NCBI GenBank assembly: GCA_944393455.1 | Contig: CALYAH010000091.1 | Span: 1-56,536 of the forward strand | DNA length: 56,536 nucleotides | Direction of reading: 5' to 3' | Source of the DNA: an uncultured Clostridia bacterium | Lineage (GTDB): Bacteria; Bacillota; Clostridia; TANB77; CAG-508 | In this document: in pieces, positions 8,647-18,763 of the stretch | Position numbering within the stretch: the first letter of the stretch is position 1 | How the letters are laid out: each line of letters begins with the position of its first letter | Program-made: the position numbers and the translations under genes | Notes under the pieces: generated by a model | What the model was told of the DNA's origin: nothing | What the model saw: the letters and a program-made list of their open reading frames with translations, nothing else | The model's database searches: none

Positions 8647-9533
8647 TTTACTTCCTCCCACATATTAAATAGCATATCATCTATACACATATCATAATTA
8701 GCATTTTGTTTTAACTTTCTCTTAGTACTTTCCACTATTTTAATACATTTTGTGTATTGATAATCTGTTTTTGCCATCTTTAGTAGAATAATATTTATAT
8801 AATCTAACATCTCAAAAATTTCTTCTTTTGATTTATATAATATTTCTGCTAACTTTAAAATGTCAATCAAGTCTTTTCTCGATAAATTATTTACAATTGT
8901 TTCTAAATTTGTATATTGTTCTTGTTTATCTCTTAGACTAATTGCCTTTCCAATGCTTCCTTGAAATGTATCTAACATATTTTGAGTAATATTATTCATT
9001 TGATAATTTTTCGTTAAATATTGTTTCATTTCTGAATCTGCTATTGGTTTAAAGTGAAGAATCATACATCTTGATTTTATTGTTGTTAGAAAAGCGTTTT
9101 CATTAGAACCTATTAATATAATCGTTGCAAATTCTGGTGGCTCCTCTAATGTTTTTAATAAACAATTTTGCGCTTCTTTTGTCATAAGGTCTGCATCGTC
9201 TATTATATAAACCTTTTTACTTGAAATAATTGGTTTTTCTTGTATCTTTTTTTGTAACTCTCTTATTTGTTCTATTTTTATGCTATTTCCTTCTGGTTTT
9301 ACATATAAGAAATCAGGATTATTATTGCTGTCAAATTCAACACAAGATTTACAGGTATTACAAATTTTATTTTGTTCTAAACATAGAACTGCTTTTGCAA
9401 ATTCAGTAGCAAGCATTTTCTTTCCAATTCCCGATATTCCAATAAATAAGTAACTATGTGATACTTTTTGATTAGTAATTGCTTGTTCTAACATATTTTT
9501 AATTGGACTATTTCCAATAATATTTTCAAACAT
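8643..9533 (-). CDS. holB: DNA polymerase III subunit delta prime
   Basis: AAA+ clamp-loader layout: HSYLFIGISGIGKK, zinc module CxxCxxC, and LLKTLEEPP. Confidence 0.85.
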   Translation of the reverse strand: MFENIIGNSPIKNMLEQAITNQKVSHSYLFIGISGIGKKMLATEFAKAVLCLEQNKICNTCKSCVEFDSNNNPDFLYVKPEGNSIKIEQIRELQKKIQEKPIISSKKVYIIDDADLMTKEAQNCLLKTLEEPPEFATIILIGSNENAFLTTIKSRCMILHFKPIADSEMKQYLTKNYQMNNITQNMLDTFQGSIGKAISLRDKQEQYTNLETIVNNLSRKDLIDILKLAEILYKSKEEIFEMLDYINIILLKMAKTDYQYTKCIKIVESTKRKLKQNANYDMCIDDMLFNMWEEVN

Positions 9534-9549
9534 CCTAAAGTCTCCTTTA

Positions 9550-10218
9550 TTATTCGACCTTTCCCCATTTATCTAGTGGCCAAATTCTTATAGCTACAGT
9601 ACTTTCTATTTCTTCTAATGGAATACATCCAAACGCCCTACAATCTGTACTATGATTTCTGTTATCTCCCATAGCAAATACACAATTTTCTGGAACTATA
9701 AAGTCACTAAATCCAACTCCCATAACATCTGTTACAATTCCTTCTTGTAAATATGGTTCGTCTAACTCTTCTCCATTAATATATACTTTTTCGTCTTTTA
9801 TTTCTACATGTTCTCCTGGAAGAGCAATTACTCTTTTTATATAACTTCTTTTTCCAATTTCTAAAAAGTTTTTAAAAAACCATTCTATTCCTGTTCTTTT
9901 TTCATATTTTGCTACTGGATTTGTCATATCTATTTCTGAAGCTGTGTAGCTAGTTTTTGCTGGTTCTTCAAATGTAATAATTTCGCCTCTTTCTGGTAGT
10001 GTCTTTGTCGTTCTATCCCAACGATTTAGCCATAATCTTTGGTCTTGTACTAATGTTGGATACATAGATACTTGTTTTACAATTGTTGGTGTTCCTATAA
10101 AATATCTAAATAACATCGCTAGCACTAATGCTATTATAATGCAATATACCCATTCTAATATTTCTTTCATAGTTGAATTCAATTTATATCTCTCCCTTAT
10201 TTTTACTTTTGTTTTCAT
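9550..10218 (-). CDS. lepB: Signal peptidase I
   Basis: SMYPTL (catalytic Ser box), YIKRVIALPGE (Lys box), GDNRNHSTDCRAFG. The true start may be the internal ATG (MKEILEW). Confidence 0.85.
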   Translation of the reverse strand: MKTKVKIRERYKLNSTMKEILEWVYCIIIALVLAMLFRYFIGTPTIVKQVSMYPTLVQDQRLWLNRWDRTTKTLPERGEIITFEEPAKTSYTASEIDMTNPVAKYEKRTGIEWFFKNFLEIGKRSYIKRVIALPGEHVEIKDEKVYINGEELDEPYLQEGIVTDVMGVGFSDFIVPENCVFAMGDNRNHSTDCRAFGCIPLEEIESTVAIRIWPLDKWGKVE

Positions 10219-10291
10219 ACTCTACTATTATACATTAATTTCACTTATTTAGCAATTAAAAAAGGAAGATATTTAAAAAAATATTTTCCCT

Positions 10292-11543
10292 TTATTCCCA
10301 GTATAATTTTGGATACACTTCACTCTTTTTCCATTTTTTCTCAGTATTACTATCTAATAGGTCTAAAAACTCTTTTGTTTTCATTTCTTCTTCACTTTTC
10401 ATTGCACAATTTTCAAAAACAACTTCTGAAAAACCTACAATCTCAATTTTTTCATTGTTAAGTCCATAACAATTATTCACGTCAACACCTGCATTTGTTC
10501 CAAGAATTGAGCCATTGTTATATGAAGTATTTCCAACTAATCCCACATTATAGCAATTAATTATTTTTGTTCCTTCTCTACTCTCCGCTGCAATACCTCC
10601 TTTGTGCATACATCTAATATGATCTAAATTTCCTGTATTATAACAGTTTATAACTTCTCCATAATTAAGCCCTACTATTCCACCAATATAATTAATACCT
10701 ATTATTTTACCATTATTATAACATTCTTTTATTATGCCATGATTATTTCCTGTAATTCCTCCTATTTCATTACCATTATTAGATTCTATAGTAGCTAAAT
10801 TATAACAATTCTCTATTATCCCTTTATTATTTCCAGCTATTGCCCCTGTTGAATAACTTCCTTTTACATTTCCGCTAATTCCTAAATTTCTTATTGTTCC
10901 GCTGATTTGTTCTAACCAATCCTGAAACTTCACTAGATTCTATGTATATATTTTCTATTTTATGATAATTTCCATCTATACATCCATCTAATCTATTGAT
11001 TGGTACAAATTTATTATTTTCGCCACCCTCACAAATAATATCATTTTGTAAATAATAATTAGCATCTGAACTAAATGTATATTTAATTCCACCTACTTCT
11101 GAAATAGTCACCTCTTCTCCTTTTCCTATTTTAGCTAATTGTTCTTCTGTATAAATAGGTATTATATTATTTTTAGCGTGTATGCCCATTTCTTCTAGCC
11201 ATTTTACTTGTTCTTCATTTACTTTTTCAGTATCGTATACTAATTCTTTATTTTCTATTAATAATATTTCATTATATTCATCATTTCTACCTATTAGAAA
11301 ATTTAAAGTTCCATACTCAAAATCTTCTCCTTCATTTCTATTTATTTCTGCCATTTCAATTTGTTCTTCTATTTCTTTTATTTCTGTTCTAAATTTTGCT
11401 TTTTTAGAATTTATAATTATGCTGTTATCTCCTGTTAGAAATGTTATTGTAATTCCTGCTAATATTATTAAAACTATAATTGTTACAATTAATGCTATTA
11501 TAGTTATTCCTTTTTCTTTATTTTCTTTTGTTCTCAACTCCAT
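10292..11543 (-). CDS. Pilin-like N-terminus / GLUG-motif repeat surface protein, two frames joined at an in-frame CGG
   Basis: The N-terminus KGITIIALIVTIIVLIILAGI resembles a prepilin-type hydrophobic segment. The C-terminal half has repeated GxIAGxNxGxIxNCYN (GLUG-like) units. Track ORFs 10875-11621 and 10292-10933 join as ...GLVRTNQ-G-TIRNLGISGNVKG when the C at 10901 is skipped. Start ATG 11543 has a GGAG RBS. Confidence 0.7.
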
Positions 11544-11567
11544 TAGTTCTCCTTTCACTTTTCGTAA

Positions 11568-11755
11568 AGTGTTTAACTCTACGAAAAAAAGGAATACTAT
11601 AAATTTCTTCTCCTTCTTCATTTTTAATAATTTTTTGATGTTAATTTTTTTACAATTTTTCTTTTTTCATTTTTTTATAATTTATTTATTTTGCTTGCTA
11701 TTTATACTATTTATTGCTATAATTTTAATATAAAAATTTCGTAGAGTTAAACACT
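11568..11755. promoter_or_regulatory. Candidate invertible promoter segment: perfect 19-bp inverted repeats flanking 150 bp
   Basis: IR-L 11568-11586 agtgtttaactctacgaaa is the reverse complement of IR-R 11737-11755. Inside lies a near-consensus sigmaA-type promoter on the plus strand: TTGCTA (11695-11700), a 17-nt spacer, then TATAAT (11718-11723). It currently points away from the pilin-like gene. Confidence 0.35.
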
Positions 11756-11766
11756 CTACGAAATTT
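11737..11766 (-). terminator. Terminator hairpin of the histidine kinase gene (overlaps IR-R)
   Basis: Palindrome aaatttcgtagag-ttaaaca-ctctacgaaattt, followed on the minus strand by a T-rich run. Confidence 0.6.
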
Positions 11767-11771
11767 CTTTT

Positions 11772-13223
11772 TTATTCTTCTTTAGTAGGAATTCTAATTA
11801 CTACTTCTGTACCTTGTCCTACTACACTTTTTATATCAATACTTCCGCCATTTTTATCTAGAATTTCTTTCGCAATAGAAAGTCCTAGTCCTGTTCCTCC
11901 CATTTCTCTTGTACGTGCTTTATCAACACGATAAAATCTTTCAAATATCCTGCTCAAATCTTCTTCTGGAATTCCAATTCCGTTATCAAAAATTTTTATA
12001 TAGGCATCATTATACACAAAACCAACATATATTTTTATTTCTCCACCATCTTTAGTATATTTAATACTATTTGTCAAAATATTTAAAATTACTCTTTCTA
12101 TATCATATTTATCGGCATAAACTGGTGGCACATCAGCAGTAACAAAGCAATTTACAGAATGATTTTTTTTCTTTATTTCAATTGCTAATTTGTCTTGACA
12201 TTTCTTTACTAAGTCTCCTAAATCAAATAGCTCTTTTTGAGTTCTTTTTTTGTTACTATCATATCTAGAAAGTGTTAATAAATCTGTAACTAATTTTGCC
12301 ATCCTTCTTGCTTCTGTTGCTATGACATTTAAAAATTTATCTTGTGTTTCTTTATCATATTCTCCTTCTAATAAAGTATCTGCATAACCCATAATAGAAG
12401 TAATTGGTGTTTTTAACTCATGTGATACATCCGCTACCAGTTCTTTTTGCATATTGTCTAGTTTTACATGTTCTGTAATATCTTGAATTACTGCAATTAC
12501 TCCATCTGGCCTTTCTGAATCATTTTTAAATGGTGCAAAAAAAGCTTTTACATATTTATCATCAACTTGAATTCTTTGCTCTGTTGAAGTCCAATTTTCT
12601 AAATAAATTATTTTTTCTATATTCATATTTAGATTAAATTTTCCAAATATGTCATCAAAGGTATTATCCTCTGGTCTTATACTCAAAAACTTTTTAGCTG
12701 CTGGGTTAATTAATATAATTTCTCCTTGCCTATTAAAAGCAATAATTCCATCTGTCATATGTAATAAAATAGTTTCTATTTGATTTTTTTGCGTTGAAAC
12801 TTCACTTAATTTTTCTTTCAATTCTGTTGTCATTATTCCAAATACATTTTCTAAATTTTTCATTTCTGTCTTTTTTCTTTTCTTTGCATTTTTATTAGTA
12901 TCTTTTCCTTCTTCTTCTGTGATTTTTTCTGCACTTTTAATTAATTTATTGATTGGATAAATTACAAATCTTGAAAGAATACTGCAAATCACTATTCCAG
13001 CTACTGCAAATATTATTATGCTAGCAATTAATATTACTTTGATATTTACAGATTCTCTTTGTATTGCTTCTAATACTTGTCCCATATTTTCAATTTGTTC
13101 TGCTGATATCTGAGTCGCAATATTTTCTAATGAAACAAGATAAAATATTCCTAATCCTCCAATTAGGGTTATCCCTATTAAAAGAAATATTAGTATAATT
13201 TTATTTTGCATGTTCTTAAACAT
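11772..13223 (-). CDS. Sensor histidine kinase (TM-HAMP-PAS-HisKA-HATPase; PhoR/WalK-like), no adjacent response regulator
   Basis: H-box VADVSHELKTPITSI, N-box ILTNSIKYT, G-boxes DNGIGIP and GGTGLGLSIAK. Two N-terminal TM segments. Confidence 0.85.
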   Translation of the reverse strand: MFKNMQNKIILIFLLIGITLIGGLGIFYLVSLENIATQISAEQIENMGQVLEAIQRESVNIKVILIASIIIFAVAGIVICSILSRFVIYPINKLIKSAEKITEEEGKDTNKNAKKRKKTEMKNLENVFGIMTTELKEKLSEVSTQKNQIETILLHMTDGIIAFNRQGEIILINPAAKKFLSIRPEDNTFDDIFGKFNLNMNIEKIIYLENWTSTEQRIQVDDKYVKAFFAPFKNDSERPDGVIAVIQDITEHVKLDNMQKELVADVSHELKTPITSIMGYADTLLEGEYDKETQDKFLNVIATEARRMAKLVTDLLTLSRYDSNKKRTQKELFDLGDLVKKCQDKLAIEIKKKNHSVNCFVTADVPPVYADKYDIERVILNILTNSIKYTKDGGEIKIYVGFVYNDAYIKIFDNGIGIPEEDLSRIFERFYRVDKARTREMGGTGLGLSIAKEILDKNGGSIDIKSVVGQGTEVVIRIPTKEE

Positions 13224-13233
13224 ATTTTTCCCT

Positions 13234-14349
13234 CTATTTCACTATTTTTTTGATTTCCTCATAAATTTTGTTTTCCGCATCTGTTGTTGAAATTTTAAAT
13301 GCATTCTTCCCCATTTCTTGCATGTTATTTGGATTCTTAATAATCTCCTCTATTGTCGAATTTAATATCTGTCCATTAATTTTATCATCTAATATAATTT
13401 TAGCTGCTCCTACATTTTCTAAAGCTTTTGCATTATATAATTGATGGTCATGACTAACATTTGGTAATGGAACTAGTATCGATGGTTTTCCCAAATTTGA
13501 TATTTCTGTTATTGTCATTGCTCCACTTCTAGCCACAATTACATCTACTACATTCATAATTTCTTCCATATTATAAATGTATGGCATGATTTTCATATTT
13601 TTTATATTATTAATATTAATATTTAGTGTTTCCAATTCTTCTTTAATTACATCATATTGTTTAGGCCCTGTTGCCCAAATAACTTGATAATTTTTATTTT
13701 CTTTATTCTTAATTATTTCTAGAATTGTATCATTAATTCTTTTTGCTCCTTGACTTCCACCAAATACTAGTACAATAGGCACCTCTTGATTTAATCCGAC
13801 TTTAGCTATTATTTTTGCCTTTTCTACCTCTGAATAATTTTTCTTCTTAATTTTTACTGGAGTACCAGTAAAAACTACATTTTTCCCATTCTTTATTCTT
13901 GGAATAGCATCTTTAAAAGAAACTAATATTGTATCTGTTTTACTAGCTAAAATTTTAATTGCTTTTCCAGGAAATGCATTACTCTCATGTAATAATGTTG
14001 GTATTTTTAAACTATGTGCTGATGATATTGTTGCACCACAAATATATCCACCTGTTCCTATAACAATATCTGGTTTAAAGTTTTTTATAATCTCTTTTGC
14101 TTCTCCATATCCTTTTAAAGTTTTATACATTTTCCTTATATTTTCAATTGTTAATTTTTTACTCAAACCATAGGCATCAATTGTTTTTAATTTATAACCT
14201 GCTCTTGGTACTAAATCATTTTCTAATCCTCTTGTTGTTCCTATAAATATAATTTCCGAATTTTTTTCTTCTTGCTTTATTTTATTGGCAATTGCTATTC
14301 CTGGATTAATATGTCCCGCTGTTCCAGCTGCTGCAATAATTACTCTCAT
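13234..14349 (-). CDS. murG: UDP-GlcNAc:lipid I N-acetylglucosaminyltransferase MurG
   Basis: MRVIIAAAGTAGHINPGIAIA start, GGSQGA motif, dcw synteny. ATG 14349 has an AGGAGGGG RBS. The track extension to 14415 runs into the family-1 repeat and is rejected. Confidence 0.9.
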   Translation of the reverse strand: MRVIIAAAGTAGHINPGIAIANKIKQEEKNSEIIFIGTTRGLENDLVPRAGYKLKTIDAYGLSKKLTIENIRKMYKTLKGYGEAKEIIKNFKPDIVIGTGGYICGATISSAHSLKIPTLLHESNAFPGKAIKILASKTDTILVSFKDAIPRIKNGKNVVFTGTPVKIKKKNYSEVEKAKIIAKVGLNQEVPIVLVFGGSQGAKRINDTILEIIKNKENKNYQVIWATGPKQYDVIKEELETLNININNIKNMKIMPYIYNMEEIMNVVDVIVARSGAMTITEISNLGKPSILVPLPNVSHDHQLYNAKALENVGAAKIILDDKINGQILNSTIEEIIKNPNNMQEMGKNAFKISTTDAENKIYEEIKKIVK

Positions 14350-14360
14350 TCTACCCCTCC

Positions 14361-14488
14361 TTTGATGTTTTTGAGATGTTTTTTGGGACGGAGTAAAAAA
14401 ACATCTCTCTTTCATTTTTGTCTCTTTTATTAATTACTTTAAAGATGTTTTTTTACTCCGTCCCAAAAAACATCTCAAAAACATCAAA
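14361..14488. repeat. Family-1 palindromic element: perfect 46-bp inverted arms around a 36-bp centre, inside the dcw operon
   Basis: 14361-14406 tttgatgtttttgagatgttttttgggacggagtaaaaaaacatct is the exact reverse complement of 14443-14488. It sits between the ftsW/spoVE stop (14494) and the murG RBS. Confidence 0.9.
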
Positions 14489-14493
14489 AATTA

Positions 14494-15626
14494 TCATTTT
14501 GCACTCGCTCTTGATATATTTAACAATACTCCCATTTCACACAATAAAATAAACAAAGCCGTTCCTCCGATAGCTAAAAAATGGTAATGGCATACCTGTT
14601 GCTGGCATAGAAGATGTTACAACTGCTACATTTATGATAACTTGTATAGCTACTAATGCCGTTATTCCGATTGCAAGTAAGCTACCAAACATATCTGGTG
14701 ATCTCATAGCAATTAGTACCCCTCTCCAAATAAAAATAGCAAATAAAATTAAAACAACAGCACACCCAAAAAATCCTAATTCTTCTCCTAAAATTGAGAA
14801 TATGAAATCATTATGTGGTTCTGGTATGTATAAAAATTTCTGCTTACTTTCTCCGAAGTCCTACTCCAAAAAGTCCTCCTGATCCAATAGCATATAAACT
14901 TTGAATAACTTGCCAACCTTCTCCTGTTGCATCTTTCCAAGGGTCAAAAAAAGTTGTAACCCTTTGTAATCTATATGGTTCTGCAATGATTAAAGCTATC
15001 ATAGCTGGTATTCCTACAATTCCTCCTGTTGCTGCAAAGTGCCAAAATTTACAGCCAGCCATTATCATTATAATAGCACAAATTCCTATAATAACAATAG
15101 ACGCACTAAAATGTGGCTCTAACAAAAGTAACCCTATGATTGGAGCTAAGAAACACATATGTTTCAAAAAACCTTTTCCATACGTTCCTAATTCATCTCT
15201 ATTTTTAACTAAAACTCCTGCATAAAAGATAATCATTAATAACTTTACCGCTTCAGAAGGTTGAAAAGATAATGTTTCTGTAATATAAAGCCATCTTTTT
15301 GCTCCATTAATTGTTCTTCCAGCTACCAATACAAGTGCTAATAAAATTAGTGCAATCCACCACGCATGTTTATAAAATTTCTGATAAAATCTATAATCAA
15401 TTTTAGAAATACACAACATAGCAACAATTCCTAAAATTGCAAAAATCAATTGTTTTGAGAAAAAAGCATAACTATTTCCACTTTCTGCAAGTGCAGAAGG
15501 CGAGCTTGCAGATAAAACCATAATTAGTCCAATGGATAATAGTAATAAGATTGTTATTAATAATGTAAAATCTATTGGATTATTAACAAAACTTGAAAAA
15601 CTTCTTTCTTTTTTCTTTTTTGCCAT
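14494..15626 (-). CDS. ftsW: SEDS-family lipid II polymerase FtsW/SpoVE, three frame segments joined at two in-frame CGG codons
   Basis: Skipping C at 14855 gives ...[36 protein letters not shown]. Skipping C at 14569 gives ...MPLPFFSY-G-GTALFILLCEMGVLLNISR. Both junctions restore motifs I recall as typical of the SEDS family. dcw synteny. Confidence 0.8.
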
Positions 15627-15674
15627 CTATTTTCTTCCTTCCTTAACTTTTGTTTTTTATTTCCTATTATAATT

Positions 15675-16665
15675 TTATATTATCTTTAGTCCAATTATGC
15701 ATAACACTAATGTAATTAAACTAAATACAGTTACTACCTTATTTTCTTTCCATCCTGATAATTCAAAATGATGATGTAATGGTGCCATCTTAAAGATCCT
15801 ATTCCCAGTCTTTTTAAAGTAAGCTACTTGTATAATAACAGATAATGTCTCCAAAACTGGTATTAAAGCAATTACAATTAATAATAATGGCATTTTTAGA
15901 TAAAGTGCCATTGCTGAGATTACACCTCCGAAGTAACAAAGAACCCGTATCTCCCATAAATACTTTTGCCGGATGTATATTGAACATTAAAAATCCCAGT
16001 ATTGCACCAATTACAATACTTCCAAATACTGAAATCTCTATTGTACTATATTGAATTCCTATTATAGTTAGACAAGTAACTATAATAGCACAAACACTAG
16101 AAGAAAGTCCATCAATTCCATCAGTTAAATTCACTGCATTTGTTGTTGCTAGTATTACAATAATGGCAAATGGTATATACAAATATACTGGCATTGTAAT
16201 CATTTGCTTAATAATAGGAATATAGGTCTCTGTTCCTATCTTTAATCCATATACTAAATAAATTACATACGCTACTGATATGATTAGTAACCCTAACATT
16301 TTATAACTTGGTTTTAAACCTTCGGTATTTCTCAATACTAACTTTTTAAAATCATCTATAAATCCTATTAGTCCAAAACCTATTGTCAATAATAAAATTG
16401 GTAACAATTTATTAGCTATTTCACTTTGTTGTTTTACTGTAAAAAATATATAAGTTCCTGTCACTACCAAAATCATAGTAACTATCATAATAATTCCACC
16501 CATGGTTGGTGTTCCTTGTTTCTTTAAATGTGATTTTGGTCCATCATCTCTTTCTATTTGTCCTATCTTTAATTTTTGTAATATAGGAATAATAATTATT
16601 CCTAAAATAATTGCTGTTGCAAACGATATAAGTAATAACGATGTTTCAAGTTTCAATTTTATCAA
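15675..16665 (-). CDS. mraY: Phospho-N-acetylmuramoyl-pentapeptide transferase MraY, two frames joined at an in-frame CGG
   Basis: Track ORFs 15814-16665 and 15675-15911. Skipping C at 15930 gives [23 protein letters not shown]...APLHHHFEL, a contiguous MraY. Confidence 0.85.
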
Positions 16666-16722
16666 ACCTTTCTTAAGACATGAAGCCTAATTTATGTATC
16701 TCCATGTCTTTTCTCTTTATGT

Positions 16723-18195
16723 TTATTTTATATTTTCTATTATTTCTCTTACAATAATTCTTTCATCAAATGGTCGTTTTTCTCCATTTATTTCTTGATA
16801 AGTTTCATGTCCCTTACCAGCTAAAACGATAATATCTCTTTTTGTTGCCATTTTAATAGCATACTTAATTGCTTCTATTCTATCAATTATAACTGAATAT
16901 TTTCCTTTTGTTTTTCTGATTCCTTCTTCGATTTGATCTATAATTTTCTTAGGATCTTCTGTTCTTGGATTGTCAGAAGTGATAATTGTATAATCTGCTA
17001 TTCTTCCTGAAATCTCTCCCATAACTGGTCTTTTACCGCTATCTCTATCTCCACCACATCCAAATACAGAAATAACTCTTCCTCTTGTATAACTTTTTAC
17101 TGCTTGTAATATATTTTGTAAACTTTCTGGTGAATGTGCATAATCTATCATTATTGGAATTTCCAATTTATTGTCAACAAGTTCTGATCTTCCTGGAACT
17201 CTAACTTCTAGTAAGGCTTCTTTTACTGTCTCTGGTGATATTCCAAATTTTTGTGCTACGCAAATTGCAGCTAATGAATTATATACACTAAATCTTCCTG
17301 GTATGCATGTTTTTACTCTCTCATTTCTATCTGTTATTTTCACTTTAAAATCTACATAAGAGTTAGTTATCGTAATATCTTTTGCCAAAAGATTTGCATA
17401 ATTATCGATACCATATGTTGTTATATTACTATCTGGAAATAATCTTGGTATTTTAGCTCCATACAAGTCATCTGTATTAACAATTCCTGTTTTACACATT
17501 TCAAATAATTTTAATTTTGATTGGAAATAATCTTGCATATCTGGATGTTCTTTTGCACTAATATGATCTTCTGAAAAGTTTGTAAATAACACCATATCAA
17601 ATTCACAACCATCTACTCTGTGTAGTTTTAAGCTTTGTGATGATACTTCCATTACAACAGCCTCTACTCCTTCTTCTGCCATTTTTGCAAATATTTGTTG
17701 TAATTCTAAACTTTCTGGTGTTGTTCTATCACTTTCTTTCATTTTTTTGCCATTAATATAAATTGCAATTGTTCCTATTAATCCTACTTTTTTACCAGCT
17801 TTTTCTAAAATTTCTTTAATCATAAAAGTTGTTGTTGTCTTTCCTTTTGTTCCTGTTACTCCTATTAATTTAAATTTGCTAGATGGATTTCCGTAAAAAT
17901 TACTAGAACTAATTGCTAATCCTTCTCTTGTATTTTTAGCCATAACAACTGTAACTTCAGCAGGTATTTTTAGCGATTTTAAATCACAACCTTCTTCTAT
18001 CATAACAGCTATTGCTCCAGCTTTAATAGCATCTTCAACATATTTGTGTCCATCAACTTCAAATCCTTTAATAGCTACAAATAAATATCCTTCTTTTATT
18101 TCTTTTGAGTTGCTTGCAATTCCTTTTACATCGATTTCCAAATCGCCTTTTACTTTTAAACCTTCTAATCCTATCAACATTTGTTTTAAATTCAT
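16723..18195 (-). CDS. murE: UDP-MurNAc-L-Ala-D-Glu:meso-diaminopimelate ligase MurE
   Basis: Mur ligase motifs GVTGTKGKTTT and DYAHSPESL, with a DNPR motif near the C-terminus as I recall for DAP-adding MurE. dcw synteny. Confidence 0.9.
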   Translation of the reverse strand: MNLKQMLIGLEGLKVKGDLEIDVKGIASNSKEIKEGYLFVAIKGFEVDGHKYVEDAIKAGAIAVMIEEGCDLKSLKIPAEVTVVMAKNTREGLAISSSNFYGNPSSKFKLIGVTGTKGKTTTTFMIKEILEKAGKKVGLIGTIAIYINGKKMKESDRTTPESLELQQIFAKMAEEGVEAVVMEVSSQSLKLHRVDGCEFDMVLFTNFSEDHISAKEHPDMQDYFQSKLKLFEMCKTGIVNTDDLYGAKIPRLFPDSNITTYGIDNYANLLAKDITITNSYVDFKVKITDRNERVKTCIPGRFSVYNSLAAICVAQKFGISPETVKEALLEVRVPGRSELVDNKLEIPIMIDYAHSPESLQNILQAVKSYTRGRVISVFGCGGDRDSGKRPVMGEISGRIADYTIITSDNPRTEDPKKIIDQIEEGIRKTKGKYSVIIDRIEAIKYAIKMATKRDIIVLAGKGHETYQEINGEKRPFDERIIVREIIENIK

Positions 18196-18395
18196 TTCTT
18201 ATCAATCCCTTCAATCAAATTGTTGCATTTTTTGCCACACAATTTTTTTACATTATATAACTAAATTCCTTTTTTGTATAGAGTTTTTGGCATTTTTTCC
18301 CGCTTTTTTTGGTATTGCATTTACTTAAATATTTACTACGTAAATTTATTATAACTGTTAAATATTATTTAGTTGATTAAAGTGATTTTATTTAG

Positions 18396-18696
18396 TTAAT
18401 ATGTTATATATATATTACTGTCTTTATTTACCACAATTCCAGCTTTAGGAGTTTGTTCTTTTATAAAAGTATTTTCCTTATCTAACCCCTCTATTTCATT
18501 TTCAATAACCATTTCTAATCCACTTTCTTTTAAAATCTTTTGTGCTTCTGTTATACTTTTTCCGGCAATATCTGGAGTTTCCACTTGTTCTACTGTTTCA
18601 ACTTCTTCTTGATTCCCTTTATTAACCTCTAAATATGGTAAAATCTCACTAAATACTTGTGCTCCTACTGGTGCTGCCACACCACCTCCTTGGTGT
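18396..18696 (-). CDS. spoVD: 3-prime segment of the split spoVD-like class B PBP gene (linker plus single PASTA domain)
   Basis: The frame ...HQGG-GVAAPVGAQVFSEILPYLEV... aligns with HQGGSLAGPVVSQMLSEILPYLGI of the intact paralog at 30888-33218. A PASTA domain follows (PDIAGKSITEAQKILKESGL...). No own RBS or start. Confidence 0.85.
18683..18696. repeat. Left copy of the 14-bp direct repeat CACCTCCTTGGTGT (att core)
   Basis: Identical to 22079-22092. On the coding strand it encodes His-Gln-Gly-Gly of the PBP in the same codon phase at both copies. Confidence 0.9.
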
Positions 18697-18724
18697 ATTT
18701 TGACAACACAAATTACCTTACGAT

Positions 18725-18755
18725 AAAAAATCGGCTCAAATTTGACCGATTTTTA
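18725..18755 (-). terminator. Terminator after the recombinase gene, just inside the element boundary
   Basis: Stem aaaatcgg / ccgatttt with an 11-nt loop and a T run on the minus strand. Confidence 0.6.
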
Positions 18756-18763
18756 TTTATTGC

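Noticed and set aside
14350-14415. N-terminal extension of murG (MKERCFFTPSQKTSQKHQRRGR...)
   Set aside because: The extension is repeat-derived. A strong RBS (AGGAGGGG) serves the internal ATG at 14349, which gives the canonical MRVIIAAAGTAGH start.
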